This document shows positions 23,501-32,924 of a stretch of DNA of 64,000 nucleotides, one piece after another. Every line of letters begins with the position of its first letter. The first letter of the stretch is position 1. The notes beneath the pieces are model-generated. The model worked only from the letters and a program-made list of their open reading frames with translations. It had not been told where the DNA came from and did not search any database. The DNA lies in assembly GCF_035084215.1 (NCBI RefSeq), contig NW_027139217.1, positions 310,001 to 374,000 on the forward strand, written 5' to 3'. The position numbers and the translations under genes were made by a program. This DNA is from Heptranchias perlo. Lineage: Eukaryota.

Positions 23501-26500
23501 TCTCTGTCTCTCTGTGTGCGCCTCTCTTTCTTTCTGCGTGCGCCTCTCTTTCTCTCTGCGTGCGCCTCTCTTTCTCTCTGCGTGCGCCTCTCTCTTTCTC
23601 TCTGCGTGCGCCTCTCTTTCTCTCTGCGTGCGCCTCTCTCTCTCTCTGTGTGCGCCTCTCTTTCTCTCTGCGTGCGCCTCTCTTTCTCTCTGCGTTCGCC
23701 TCTCTCTTTCTCTCTGCGTGCGCCTCTCTCTCTCTGTGTGCGCCTCTCTCTCTCTCTGTGCGCCTCTCTTTCTCTCTGCGTGCGCCTCTCTCTCTCTCTG
23801 TGTGCGCCTCTCTTTCTCTCTGCGTGCGCCTCTCTCTCTCTGCGTGCGCCTCTCTCTCTCTCTCTGCATGCGCCTCTCTTTCTCTCTGCGTGCGCCTCTC
23901 TCTCTCTGCGTGCGCCTCTCTCTCTCTGCGTGCGCCTCTCTCTCTCTCTGCGTGCGCCTCTCTCTCTCTCTGCGTGCGCCTCTCTTTCTCTCTGCGTGCG
24001 CCTCTCTCTCTCTCTGCGTCTGCCTCTCTCTCTCTCTCTCCGTGCGCCTCTCTCTCTCTCTGCGTCTGCCTCTCTGTCTCTCTCTGCGTGTGCCTCTCTC
24101 TCTGCGTGCGCCTCTCTCTCTGCGTGCGCCTCTCTCTCTCTGCGTGCGCCTCTCTCTTTCTGCGTGCGCCTGTCTCTCTCTCTGCGTGCGCCTCTCTCTT
24201 TCTGCGTGCGCCTCTCTGTCTCTCTGCGTGCGCCTCTCTTTCTTTCTGCGTGCGCCTCTCTTTCTCTCTGTGTGCGCCTCTCTTTCTCTCTGTGTGCGCC
24301 TCTCTCTCTCTCTGTGTGCGCCTCTCTCTCTCTGCGTGCGCCTCTCTCTCTCTGTGTGCGCCTCTCTCTCTCTGTGTGCGCCTCTCTTTCTCTCTGTGTG
24401 CGCCTCTCTCTCTCTGCGTGCGCCTCTCTCTCTCTGTGTGCGCCTCTCTCTCTCTGTGTGCGCCTCTCTCTCTCTCTGTGTGCGCCTCTCTTTCCCTCTG
24501 TGTGCGCCTCTCTCTCTCTTTGTGCCCCTCTCTTTCCCTCTGTGTGCGCCTCTCTCTCTCTGTGTGCGCCTCTCTCTCTCTGTGTGCGCCTCTCTCTCTC
24601 TGTGTGCGCCTCTCTCTCTCTGCGTGCGCCTCACTTTCTCTGTGTGCGCCTCTCTCTCTCTGTGTGCGCCTCTCTCTCTCTCTGTGTGCGCCTCTCTTTC
24701 CCTCTGTGTGCGCCTCTCTCTCTCTCTGTGTGCGCCTCTCTTTCTCTCTGTGTGCGCCTCTCTCTCTCTGTGTGCGCCTCTCTCTCTCTCTGTGTGCGCC
24801 TCTCTCTCTCTCTGTGCGCCTCTCTCTCTCTCTCTGTGTCCGCCTCTCTCTCTCTCTCTGTCCGCCTCTCTTTCTCTCTGTGTGTGCCTCTCTTTCTCTC
24901 TGTGTGCGCCTCTCTCTCTCTGCGTGCGCCTCTCTCTCTCTCTCTGTGCGCCTCTCTCTCTCTCTATGTGCGCCTCTCTTTCCCTCTGTGTGCGCCTCTC
25001 TCTCTCTCTCTGCGTGCGCCTCTCTCTCTCTCTGTGTGCGCCTCTCTCTCTCTGTGTGCGCCTCTCTCTCTCTCTCTGTGTCCGCCTCTCTCTCTCTCTC
25101 TGTCCGCCTCTCTTTCTCTCTGTGTGCGCCTCTCTCTCTCTCTGTGTGCGCCTCTCTCTCTCTCTATGTGCGCCTCTCTTTCCCTCTGTGTGCGCCTCTC
25201 TCTCTCTCTGTGTGCGCCTCTCTCTCTCTGTGTGCGCCTCTCTCTCTCTCTCTGTGTCCGCCTCTCTCTCTCTCTCTGTGTCCGCCTCTCTCTCTCTCTC
25301 TGTCCGCCTCTCTCTCTCTCTGTGTGCGCCTCTCTTTCTCTCTGTGTGCGCCTCTCTCTCTCTGCGTGTGCCTCTCTTTCTCTCTGCGTGCGCCTCTCTT
25401 TCTCTCTGTGTGCGCCTCTCTTTCTCTCTGTGTGCGCCTCTCTCTCTCTGTGTGCGCCTCTCTCTCTCTGCGTGTGCCTCTCTTTCTCTCTGCGTGCGCC
25501 TCTCTTTCTCTCTGCGTGCGCCTCTCTCTCTCTGTGTGTGCGCCTCTCTTTCTCTCTGTGTGCGCCTCTCTTTCTCTCTGCGTGCGCCTCTCTTTCTCTC
25601 TGCGTGCGCCTCTCTTTCTCTCTGCGTGCGCCTCTCTTTCTCTCTGCGCGCGCCTCTCTTTCTCTCTGTGTGCGCCTCTCTTTGTCTCTGTGTGCGCCTC
25701 TCTCTCTCTGTGTGCGCCTCTCTTTCTCTCTGTGTGCGCCTCTCTCTCTCTCTGCGTGTGCCTCTCTTTCTCTCTGCGCGCGCCTCTCTCTCTCTCTGCG
25801 TGCGCCTCTCTTTCTCTCTGCGTGCGCCTCTCTTTGTCTCTGTGTGCGCCTCTCTTTGTCTCTGTGTGCCCCTCTCTCTCTGTGTGCGCCTCTCTTTCTC
25901 TGCGTGCGCCTCTCTCTCTCTGTGTGCGCCTCTCTCTCTCTCTCTGTGCGCCTCTCTTTCTCTCTGCGTGTGCCTCTCTCTCTCTGTGTGCGCCTCTCTC
26001 TCTGTGTGCGCCTCTCTCTCTCTGCGTGTGCCTCTCTCTCTCTCTGTGTGCGCCTCTCTTTCTCTCTGTGTGCGCCTCTCTTTCCCTCTGTGTGCGCCTC
26101 TCTTTCTCTGCGTGCGCCTCTCTCTCTCTGCGTGCGCCTCTCTCTCTCTCTGTGTGCGCCTCTCTTTCTCTCTGTGTGCGCCTCTCTCTCTCTGCGTGCG
26201 CCTCTCTCTCTCTCTGTGTGCGCCTCTCTTTCTCTCTGTGTGCGCCTCTCTTTCCCTCTGTGTGCGCCTCTCTTTCTCTGCGTGCGCCTCTCTCTCTCTC
26301 TGCCCGCGCCTCTCTCTCTCTCTGCGCGCGCCTCTCTCTCTCTCTGCGCGCGCCTCTCTTTGTCTCTGTGTGCGCCTCTCTTTGTCTCTGTGTGCCCCTC
26401 TCTCTCTGTGTGCGCCTCTCTCTCTCTCTGCGTGCGCCTCTCTTTCTCTCTGCGTGCGCCTCTCTTTCTCTGCGTGCGCCTCTCTCTCTCTCTGTGTGCG

Positions 26501-28835
26501 CCTCTCTTTCTCTCTGCGTGCGCCTCTCTCTCTCTCTGCGTGCGCCTCTCTCTCTCTCTGCGTGCGCCTCTCTTTCTCTCTGCGTGCGCCTCTCTTTCTC
26601 TCTGCGTGCGCCTCTCTTTCTGTCTGCGTGCGCCTCTCTTTCTCTCTGCGTGCGCCTCTCTTTCTCTCTGCGTGCGCCTCTCTGCCTCTCTGCGTGCGCC
26701 TCTCTTTCTCTCTGCGTGCGCCTCTCTTTCTCTCTGCGTGCGCCTCTCTCTTTCTCTCTGCGTGCGCCTCTCTTTCTCTCTGCGTGCGCCTCTCTTTCTG
26801 CATGCGCCTCTCTTTCTCTCTGCGTGCGCCTCTCTTTCTCTCTGCGTGCGCCTCTCTTTCTCTCTGCGTGCGCCTCTCTTTCTCTCTGCGTGCGCCTCTC
26901 TTTCTCTCTGCGTGCGCCTCTCTTTCTCTCTGCGTGCGCCTCTCTTTCTCTCTGCGTGCGCCTCTCTCATTCTCTCTGCGTGCGCCTCTCTTTCTCTCTG
27001 CGTGCGCCTCTCTCTTTCTCTCTGCGTGCGCCTCTCTTTCTCTCTGCGTGCGCCTCTCTGTCTCTCTGTGTGCGCCTCTCTTTCTTTCTGCGTGCGCCTC
27101 TCTTTCTCTCTGCGTGCGCCTCTCTTTCTCTCTGCGTGCGCCTCTCTTTCTCTCTGCGTTCGCCTCTCTCTTTCTCTCTGCGTGCGCCTCTCTCTCTCTG
27201 TGTGCGCCTCTCTCTCTCTCTGTGCGCCTCTCTTTCTCTCTGCGTGCGCCTCTCTCTCTCTCTGTGTGCGCCTCTCTTTCTCTCTGCGTGCGCCTCTCTC
27301 TCTCTGCGTGCGCCTCTCTCTCTCTCTCTGCATGCGCCTCTCTTTCTCTCTGCGTGCGCCTCTCTCTCTCTGCGTGCGCCTCTCTCTCTCTGCGTGCGCC
27401 TCTCTCTCTCTCTGCGTGCGCCTCTCTCTCTCTCTGCGTGCGCCTCTCTTTCTCTCTGCGTGCGCCTCTCTCTCTCTCTGCGTCTGCCTCTCTCTCTCTC
27501 TCTCCGTGCGCCTCTCTCTCTCTCTGCGTCTGCCTCTCTGTCTCTCTCTGCGTGTGCCTCTCTCTCTGCGTGCGCCTCTCTCTCTGCGTGCGCCTCTCTC
27601 TCTGCGTGTGCCTCTCTCTCTGCGTGCGCCTCTCTCTCTGCGTGCGCCTCTCTCTCTCTGCGTGCGCCTCTCTCTTTCTGCGTGCGCCTGTCTCTCTCTC
27701 TGCGTGCGCCTCTCTCTTTCTGCGTGCGCCTGTCTCTCTCTCTGCGTGCGCCTGTCTCTCTCTCTGCGTGCGCCTGTCTCTCTCTGCGTGCGCCTCTCTT
27801 TCTCTCTGCGTGCGCCTCTCTCTCTGCGTGCGCCTCTCTCTCTGCGTGCGCATCTCTTTCTCTCTGTGTGCGCCTCTCTCTCTGTGCGCCTCTCTCTCTC
27901 TCTCTCTGCGTGCGCCTCTCTCTCTCTCTCTCTGCGTGCGCCTCCCTCTCTGCGTGCGCATCTCTTTCTCTCTGCGTGCGCCTCTCTCTCTGTGCGCCTC
28001 TCTCTCTCTCTCTGCGTGCGCCTCTCTCTCTCTCTGCGTGCGCCTCTCTCTATCTCTCTGCGTGCGCCTCTCTCTCTCTGTCTGCGTGCGCCTCTCTCTC
28101 TGCGTGCGCCTCTCTCTCTCTCTGCGTGCGCCTCTCTCTCTCTCTCTGCGTCCGCCTCGCTCTCTCTGTCTGCGTGCGCCTCTCTCTCTCTCTGCGTGCG
28201 CCTCTCTCTCTCTCTCTGCGTGCGCCTCGCTCTCTCTCTCTGCGTGCGCCTCTCTCTGCGTGCGCCTCTCTCTCTCTCTGCGTGCGCCTCGCTCTCTCTC
28301 TCTGCGTGCGCCTCGCTCTCTCTCTCTGCGTGCGCCTCTCTCTCTCTCTCTCTGCATGCGCCTCTCTCTCTCTCTGTGTGCGCCTCTCTTTCTCTCTGCG
28401 TGCGCCTCTCTCTCTCTCTGCGTCTGCCTCTCTCTCTCTCTCTCCGTGCGCCTCTCTCTCTCTCTGCGTCTGCCTCTCTCTCTCTCTCTGCGTGCACCTC
28501 TCTCTGTCTCTCTCTGTGCCTCTCTTTCTCTTCCTCTNNNNNNNNNNNNNNNNNNNNNNNNNNNNNNNNNNNNNNNNNNNNNNNNNNNNNNNNNNNNNNN
28601 NNNNNNNNNNNNNNNNNNNNNNNNNNNNNNNNNNNNNNNNNNNNNNNNNNNNNNNNNNNNNNNNNNTCTTTATCTCTCTTTATCTCTCTCTCTCTCCCTC
28701 CCCCCTCTCTCTCTCGCTCTCTCTCTCTGTACAGAACATTCTCTGTGTTCTACAATGTCTGTTTGACAGAAATCTTTTCTTTTCACAGCTGCTGAAAGAG
28801 GAGAATCGTCCTCAAACTCATCAGCCCGAGCCTGA
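5548..28835 (+). CDS. MHC class I heavy chain, copy 1 (355 aa): join(5548..5596,6964..7224,14072..14344,15671..15946,16721..16846,17759..17794,28789..28835)
   Basis: Leader, alpha1, alpha2, alpha3, TM and two cytoplasmic exons. All introns are GT-AG phase 1. The 1068-nt spliced frame is open and ends in TGA. Confidence 0.92.
5636..6200. repeat. 40-bp minisatellite, intron 1
   Basis: Tandem gtcagtgggtgtgttaccccaggcccctctccctcagtct. Confidence 0.95.
6210..6340 (-). mobile_element. Penelope-like element terminal fragment with hammerhead-like core
   Basis: The reverse complement (ctgaggaaggaggaagtctccgaaagcttgtga...ggactataacttggtgttgtaa) is homologous to the PLE end at 43660-43740. Confidence 0.65.
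6395..6955. repeat. About 40-bp minisatellite abutting the exon-2 acceptor
   Basis: Tandem catgccctgat(ct)n ggggttggtgttttggggtt. Confidence 0.95.
6964..7224 (+). CDS. MHC-I copy 1 exon 2 (alpha1 domain)
   Basis: (G)[36 protein letters not shown]...WERK...TRTNQSV, with Y7, R84 and the N86 glycan site. Boundaries tttcag| and |gtgagt. Confidence 0.95.
7268..7815. repeat. G-rich GGGAGC/GGGGTCA low-complexity tandem repeat, intron 2
   Basis: Direct periodicity. Confidence 0.9.
7832..7905 (+). pseudogene. Relic 3' end of a second, divergent MHC-I alpha1 exon plus donor site
   Basis: gatattctgacggtcatg(g)actcggaccaaccagtcgggcg|gtgagt..cgcactcgggct parallels 7182-7257; it translates as DILTVM-TRTNQSG. 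Confidence 0.75.
7978..10620 (-). mobile_element. Cluster of nested CR1 LINE fragments (RT region 8961-10350; a second CR1 3' end inserted at about 8411-8960)
   Basis: KSPGPD, NYRPVSLTSVVGK, QHGF, MDFSKAFDKVPH and GVPQGS motifs. The host reading ttttatacacc/acctcaatt is split by the insert. Confidence 0.88.
10651..10880. repeat. About 21-bp minisatellite (cgtgtctctctattccccccc)
   Basis: Direct periodicity. Confidence 0.9.
10885..11135 (+). mobile_element. CR1 3' end fragment
   Basis: KHF.TQRVGEVW..; FKSEIDRFL; CR1-type 3' UTR. Confidence 0.7.
11180..12380 (-). mobile_element. Harbinger/PIF-derived fragment encoding a degenerate Myb/SANT-like protein
   Basis: RLRAPRFSDDAREALVQEVDRRRDILYP..; KKFNALT.VVK|gtgagt. 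Similar to 44718-45400. Confidence 0.7.
12418..13928. repeat. About 30-bp minisatellite upstream of the alpha2 exon
   Basis: Tandem ggggtcctttaaatacactgatcggggtccg. Confidence 0.95.
14072..14344 (+). CDS. MHC-I copy 1 exon 3 (alpha2 domain)
   Basis: (G)IHMIQQMTGCDL..FQYAWDGEDFI..ITKNKW..GYLEGECIEWLRKYLEYG, with C101/C164, T143, K146, W147, Y159, W167 and Y171. Confidence 0.96.
14345..15425. repeat. About 23-bp minisatellite built from the exon-3 donor site
   Basis: Units gagagtcg|gtgagtgaggggg mimic the true junction gagggccg|gtgagtgagggggg. Confidence 0.93.
15427..15632. repeat. 41-bp tandem repeat (5 units) before the alpha3 acceptor
   Basis: ggggtctaatccccagtttaaaggggtttgtcccgttccct. 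Confidence 0.93.
15671..15946 (+). CDS. MHC-I copy 1 exon 4 (alpha3, Ig C1-set)
   Basis: LSCLVTGFYPRDI...ILPNHDGTYQ...YSCQVDHSS; boundaries ctctcag| and |gtaaga. Confidence 0.96.
16010..16200 (-). mobile_element. Short CR1 RT fragment in intron 4
   Basis: The - strand reads ..W.DTWQMKFNTEKCEVMYF.RKNEE. Confidence 0.7.
16721..16846 (+). CDS. MHC-I copy 1 exon 5 (connecting peptide plus TM)
   Basis: (D)GTFRVTPGSSEGPNLGLIVGIVLAAVALIALVIGAVVWKKR; boundaries ccacag| and |gtagga. Confidence 0.93.
16975..17590. repeat. 28-bp GC-rich minisatellite, intron 5 (about 22 units)
   Basis: gggaccggggccccgtacggggagtgaa. Confidence 0.95.
17759..17794 (+). CDS. MHC-I copy 1 exon 6 (cytoplasmic, GGEKKSGYSPAN)
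   Basis: Boundaries tcttgtag| and |gtaagt; 36 nt; carries the YxxA-type motif of class I tails. Confidence 0.85.
17820..28730. repeat. About 11-kb compound (TC)n/TGCGTGCGCC microsatellite filling intron 6
   Basis: Direct observation; source of the spurious ORFs of more than 3500 aa. Confidence 0.97.
28538..28666. other. Assembly gap (N run)
   Basis: 129 Ns. Confidence 0.99.
28789..28835 (+). CDS. MHC-I copy 1 exon 7 (PAERGESSSNSSARA*)
   Basis: Acceptor ttttcttttcacag|; Ser-rich terminal tail in the correct phase. Confidence 0.8.
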
Positions 28836-29869
28836 GGTACGAAGCCAATCACTTGAGTTTAACAGCAGCTGAACGAGCAGCAAACCAGGTTGTGAAGAGC
28901 AGTAACTGTGGGCTCAGGGGGTCGGGAGGGAGCTGCTTATATCTGACTGGACTGAGTCTCCTCACTGGAACGCTGCTTTTTCACTTAATGTTTGTCGAGA
29001 TTTCTCACTGAGTGAAACCCTGATTCCAGAACACAGTCTGTAAAAGACACAACCCCCAGGGGTGAAGTGGAATTCCTTTGACAGTCACGGTCCACCATTG
29101 ATCAACTGGGGTTTAATACATCGCAGATCTGGCAATACGAGCTTTTTTTGTGGGAAGGAAGAGTTTTTTTGAACCCATCATCAGTGTGAATCAGGCCCAG
29201 GTGAGGTCAGGGAGAGAGTAAAGCTTCTCTCTGACCCCAGGAATCACCTGGTGACCTCTTGTTCTATTAAAGGTGCCTGAGCTGCTGCAGCATCCACTTC
29301 CCTTCAGCTAACAAACTGAAGGTCCAATCGTTCTGGGCCATCGTCAGGCCGAGGCTTTAAGTGAATATGTTGGGGGAGTGAGGAGGGAATTCCAGACGTC
29401 TGGCTGGGTTGTGGAGGTTAATATTCCTGGCAGCAGTGGAATGAATTAATTTAAACAGGGAGAACTGGAGGTTTCGAAACCAGGACTGGTGAGCAACAAA
29501 CTTCTGGGTCCCGTCAGCTGCTCAGTGAGACCCTGCAGCTGTTTAATATACTGGAGGATGGAATCTGTCACCTTGAGAGGGGGAGCTGGTTGTGCTGAGG
29601 ATTTGAGGATGGGGATTATACCTCACCTAGGACCCTGGGCCTTAGACTGACACATTGTGCAGTGTACCTTGTGACACTATGCTGGAACACTCGGTCTTCT
29701 CTGAGATCTGGTGCTCCTGGAGAGGTTTGATGGGAAGGATTGTGTCCTGGGCTGGGCTGGCCGTGTTCACTCACATTGCTGCAATCTTTACTTGTGTCTG
29801 TAGGGGGCCTGTCCCGTGGCACCTGGAACGGCCACCAATGGTGGGGTGAAGGGAGTGGGGGTGGACAAG

Positions 29870-30375
29870 AGGCCAGAATTGGAGGAACGCAGAGATCTCG
29901 GAGGGTTGTAGGGCTGGAGGAGGTTACAGAGATAGGGAGAGGGCGAGGGCCATGGAGGGATTTGAAAACAAGGATGAGAATTTTAAAATCGAGGCGTTCC
30001 CGGACCGGGAGCCAATGTAGGTCAGTGAGCACAGGGGGTGCTGGGAGAACGGGACTTGGTGAGAGTTAGGATACGGGAGCAGAGTTTTGGATGAGTTCAA
30101 GTTTATGGAGGGTGGAAGATGGGAGGCCGTCCTGGAGAACATTGGAATAGTCCAGTCTGGAGGTAACAGAGGCACGGATGAGGGTTTCAGCAGCAGATGA
30201 GCTGAGGGAGGGGTGGAGACGGGCGATGTTACGGAGGGGGAAGTAGGTGGTCTTGGTGATGGAGCAGATATGGGGTCAGAAGCTCATCTCAGGGTCAAAT
30301 AGGACCCCAAGGTTGTGAACGGTCTGGTTCAGCCTCAGACAGTGGCCAGGGAGAGGGATGGAGTCGGGGGTCTGG
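29870..30375 (-). mobile_element. L2-clade LINE fragment downstream of copy 1
   Basis: [35 protein letters not shown]. Confidence 0.8.
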
Positions 30376-32924
30376 GGAACGGAGTTTCTATATCGATCTC
30401 TCTCAGTCCCACCTCCTGTACTGGGTGTGAGCCTCCCTGTGAATCTGTCTCTGTTCCATTCCCCAGGCTGATCCTGAGTGAAGTTGATTGGATCCAGAAT
30501 CTGGATGTTCGGTGTCGCTGGGAGGATTGATTGAGAAACGATCGGGGATTGTTAATCGCAATTAGTTTTGATTGATTGTCACTGGCTGCTCTCGCTGTTT
30601 TTTTACTGTATTCTGTAATGTTTCCATCATTGAGATGATTTTTGGCTTTTTTTCTTGGTGATTTGATCGAAATCTCCAGTTGTGTGTTTTGCCATTGAAT
30701 GTTAAATGAGATGTTTTTAATTGCAGTCGTTGCCTGTGTTCCTGTCGATGGGAAATGTTCATTAAACTGATTCAGGGAGAGGTCAGCGGGCCGCTGATTA
30801 GTCCCAGATCAGTGACTCCGTCTCCAACCTCTTCCCCTCGGCAAGGGTGAAATGTTTTGATTCTCTGCTCAGTTGAAGTTTCTGTTCTTCCCGCCCGTAT
30901 TGATTGGTGTCTGAAGTGGGCCCTGTGTCTCCCTGGGACTGCGGTTTGTTAAAGGGAAGGAGCAGCTTCAGGTCTCTGAACCCAGCCAGGCTGTTACTGG
31001 CCTGCTGTGTGGGACTAGGGTGGGCAATGGAAATGTTTGGGATTGCACTCTGCACCACTCTACTTACTGGCTTCAATTTATACCTGTGGATAATAAAAGC
31101 TCTCGCTCTCCAAACTGCAGCTGTGTGTTCACTCTGTCCAGGACCAGACCCTGGAACAGAGAGTACCAGGGACACCGGGAACAACTAGATCAGGGCGTGA
31201 CTCTTAAACCATTACCCTGACCCCCCCTTGACCAGTACAATATGAGTCAGTGACTTACCAGAGCAGCCAGTAACTCAAACTGACCATCACCATCCCACCT
31301 GGATAAAAGTTACATGTCCACCCTGAACTCTGTCACTGCTTTCCCATTCCAGTGCTCCCCCTCTGCTGCCTCTGGGAGATCTTGTCTGTCCCTCCTGCTC
31401 TCGTGTCTAGAGTCGGCCAGTGGGCTGGTTACACTATCAGCTGATTGAGAAAGCACAAGGGGCAGCTTAGCCCTGCTGTCATAGGGTGCCCTCTGAATGT
31501 ATCTGCAGTGACTGGACAGTGGCCTTACTTACCCTGCCAACCTGAGACCACATATCACTGGCTCACTGTGGAACTCACCACATGTCCACTGGCTCCTGGC
31601 ACTGCCTCTGAACTCAGGGAACGCAGTTACAATAGTCCTTGAAAGATCGGGAAAGCCAGAGCCAAGAGCTCTCTCCAACCTGTCAGCAACTTAGGAACCA
31701 CCTTTGGAGACAGCCCTCTTGATTTAGTTGCCCAGGGCCTCCATGGCAGCAGTGTGGGATGCCAGGCAGCAGCCTGCTCCTGGTCGAGGGCCCTCTTCCT
31801 TGGGAGCATCCTGTGCAGGCCTGCTTGGAGTGGCCACACGGCCCATGGAGGCCTGCAGTGATTTGAAACTCTCCCTCATGGTCAGACCTGTTGTCACCCA
31901 TGGACTACAGCTGGCCTGAAAGGAGCCATGTATGGCCGGAGACTCCGACACGCCACCTGTCTGCCCTGTGAGTGGACGCTCAGCGCTCCAGGTCCAGAGT
32001 CCACTTGTTGGTGTTTTTTGTAAATCCACATTTTCTGTGGGAAAGGTGAGTCACTGGAGCTTCAGTGCTCCTGCTCATGTGTTGCATGGTTCCTCCAATG
32101 AGCAAGACAACGTCGTATCTTCATCAACATCACCTCCCTTCTCCACCTTATTTCCTTGTGATTATGTAAATGGAGTAAGTTCTCAGAGCAGAGAATGTTC
32201 ATTCATTCAAATACACATCAGATCGATTTCTTTCAGAACTGAATATTTTGGGATACAGTAAATGAGTAATTTGAGACATGACGTTCGAGTAAGAGGCTGG
32301 GGAGGAACAGGTGACTTTGGACCTCTGGTTCCCAAATCTCTCCACCACTGGGGGTTTTCCTCACCTCATGAGTGGGTCTGTTGTCGACACATTGATAGAG
32401 ATTGATTGGGGGGCAGGAATGGCAGCTCAACGTTCCTGGATACAGGGTTTTTAGACGAGATAGAGAGGGGGATAAAAAAGGAGGGGGTGGGCAATATTGG
32501 TTAAAGAAACAATTACGGCCGTGAGGAGGGATGATATGTTCAAAGGATCATCAAATGAGGTCACATGGGTTGAGCTAAGGAACAAAAAAGGGGCAGTCCC
32601 ACTGCTGGGAGTGAACGATAGACCCCCAAACAGTCAGAGGGAGAGAGAAGAGCAAATATGGAGGCAAATTTCTGAAAAGTGCAAAAACAATGGGGCAGTA
32701 ATAGTGGGGGATTTCAACGCCCCTGATATTAACTGGGATAGAATCAGTGTAAAAGGTACAGAGGGTGCAGAATTCATAAATTACATTCAGGAGAACTTTT
32801 TTATCCAGTCCGGAGCAAGCCCAACAAGAGGGGGCGGGGGGTCAGTTCTGGATTTAGTTTTAGGGAATGAAGCTGGGCAGTGGAAGGAGGATCAGTGGGA
32901 GAGCATTTTGCTGGGAGTGATCAT

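Larger units (their letters stand above)
14322..31230 (+). repeat. Left arm of large inverted segmental duplication (partner 56670-64000)
   Basis: Unique intronic and 3' flank sequence is reverse-complement near-identical to the partner; homology ends at 31230/56670. Confidence 0.93.

Noticed and set aside
5548-28835. Assigning a lineage symbol such as UAA or UBA
   Set aside because: Needs a phylogeny and synteny analysis that cannot be run here; the residues are mixed classical and non-classical.
17818-28872. ORFs of 3600+ aa (and the 2487-aa antisense ORF)
   Set aside because: Translations of an A-poor microsatellite that cannot form stops; open in all frames and spanning an N gap.
31231-32390. 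Unique-looking segment with short ORFs after the duplication breakpoint
   Set aside because: No recognisable domain; possibly an old transposon remnant, and not supportable as a gene.
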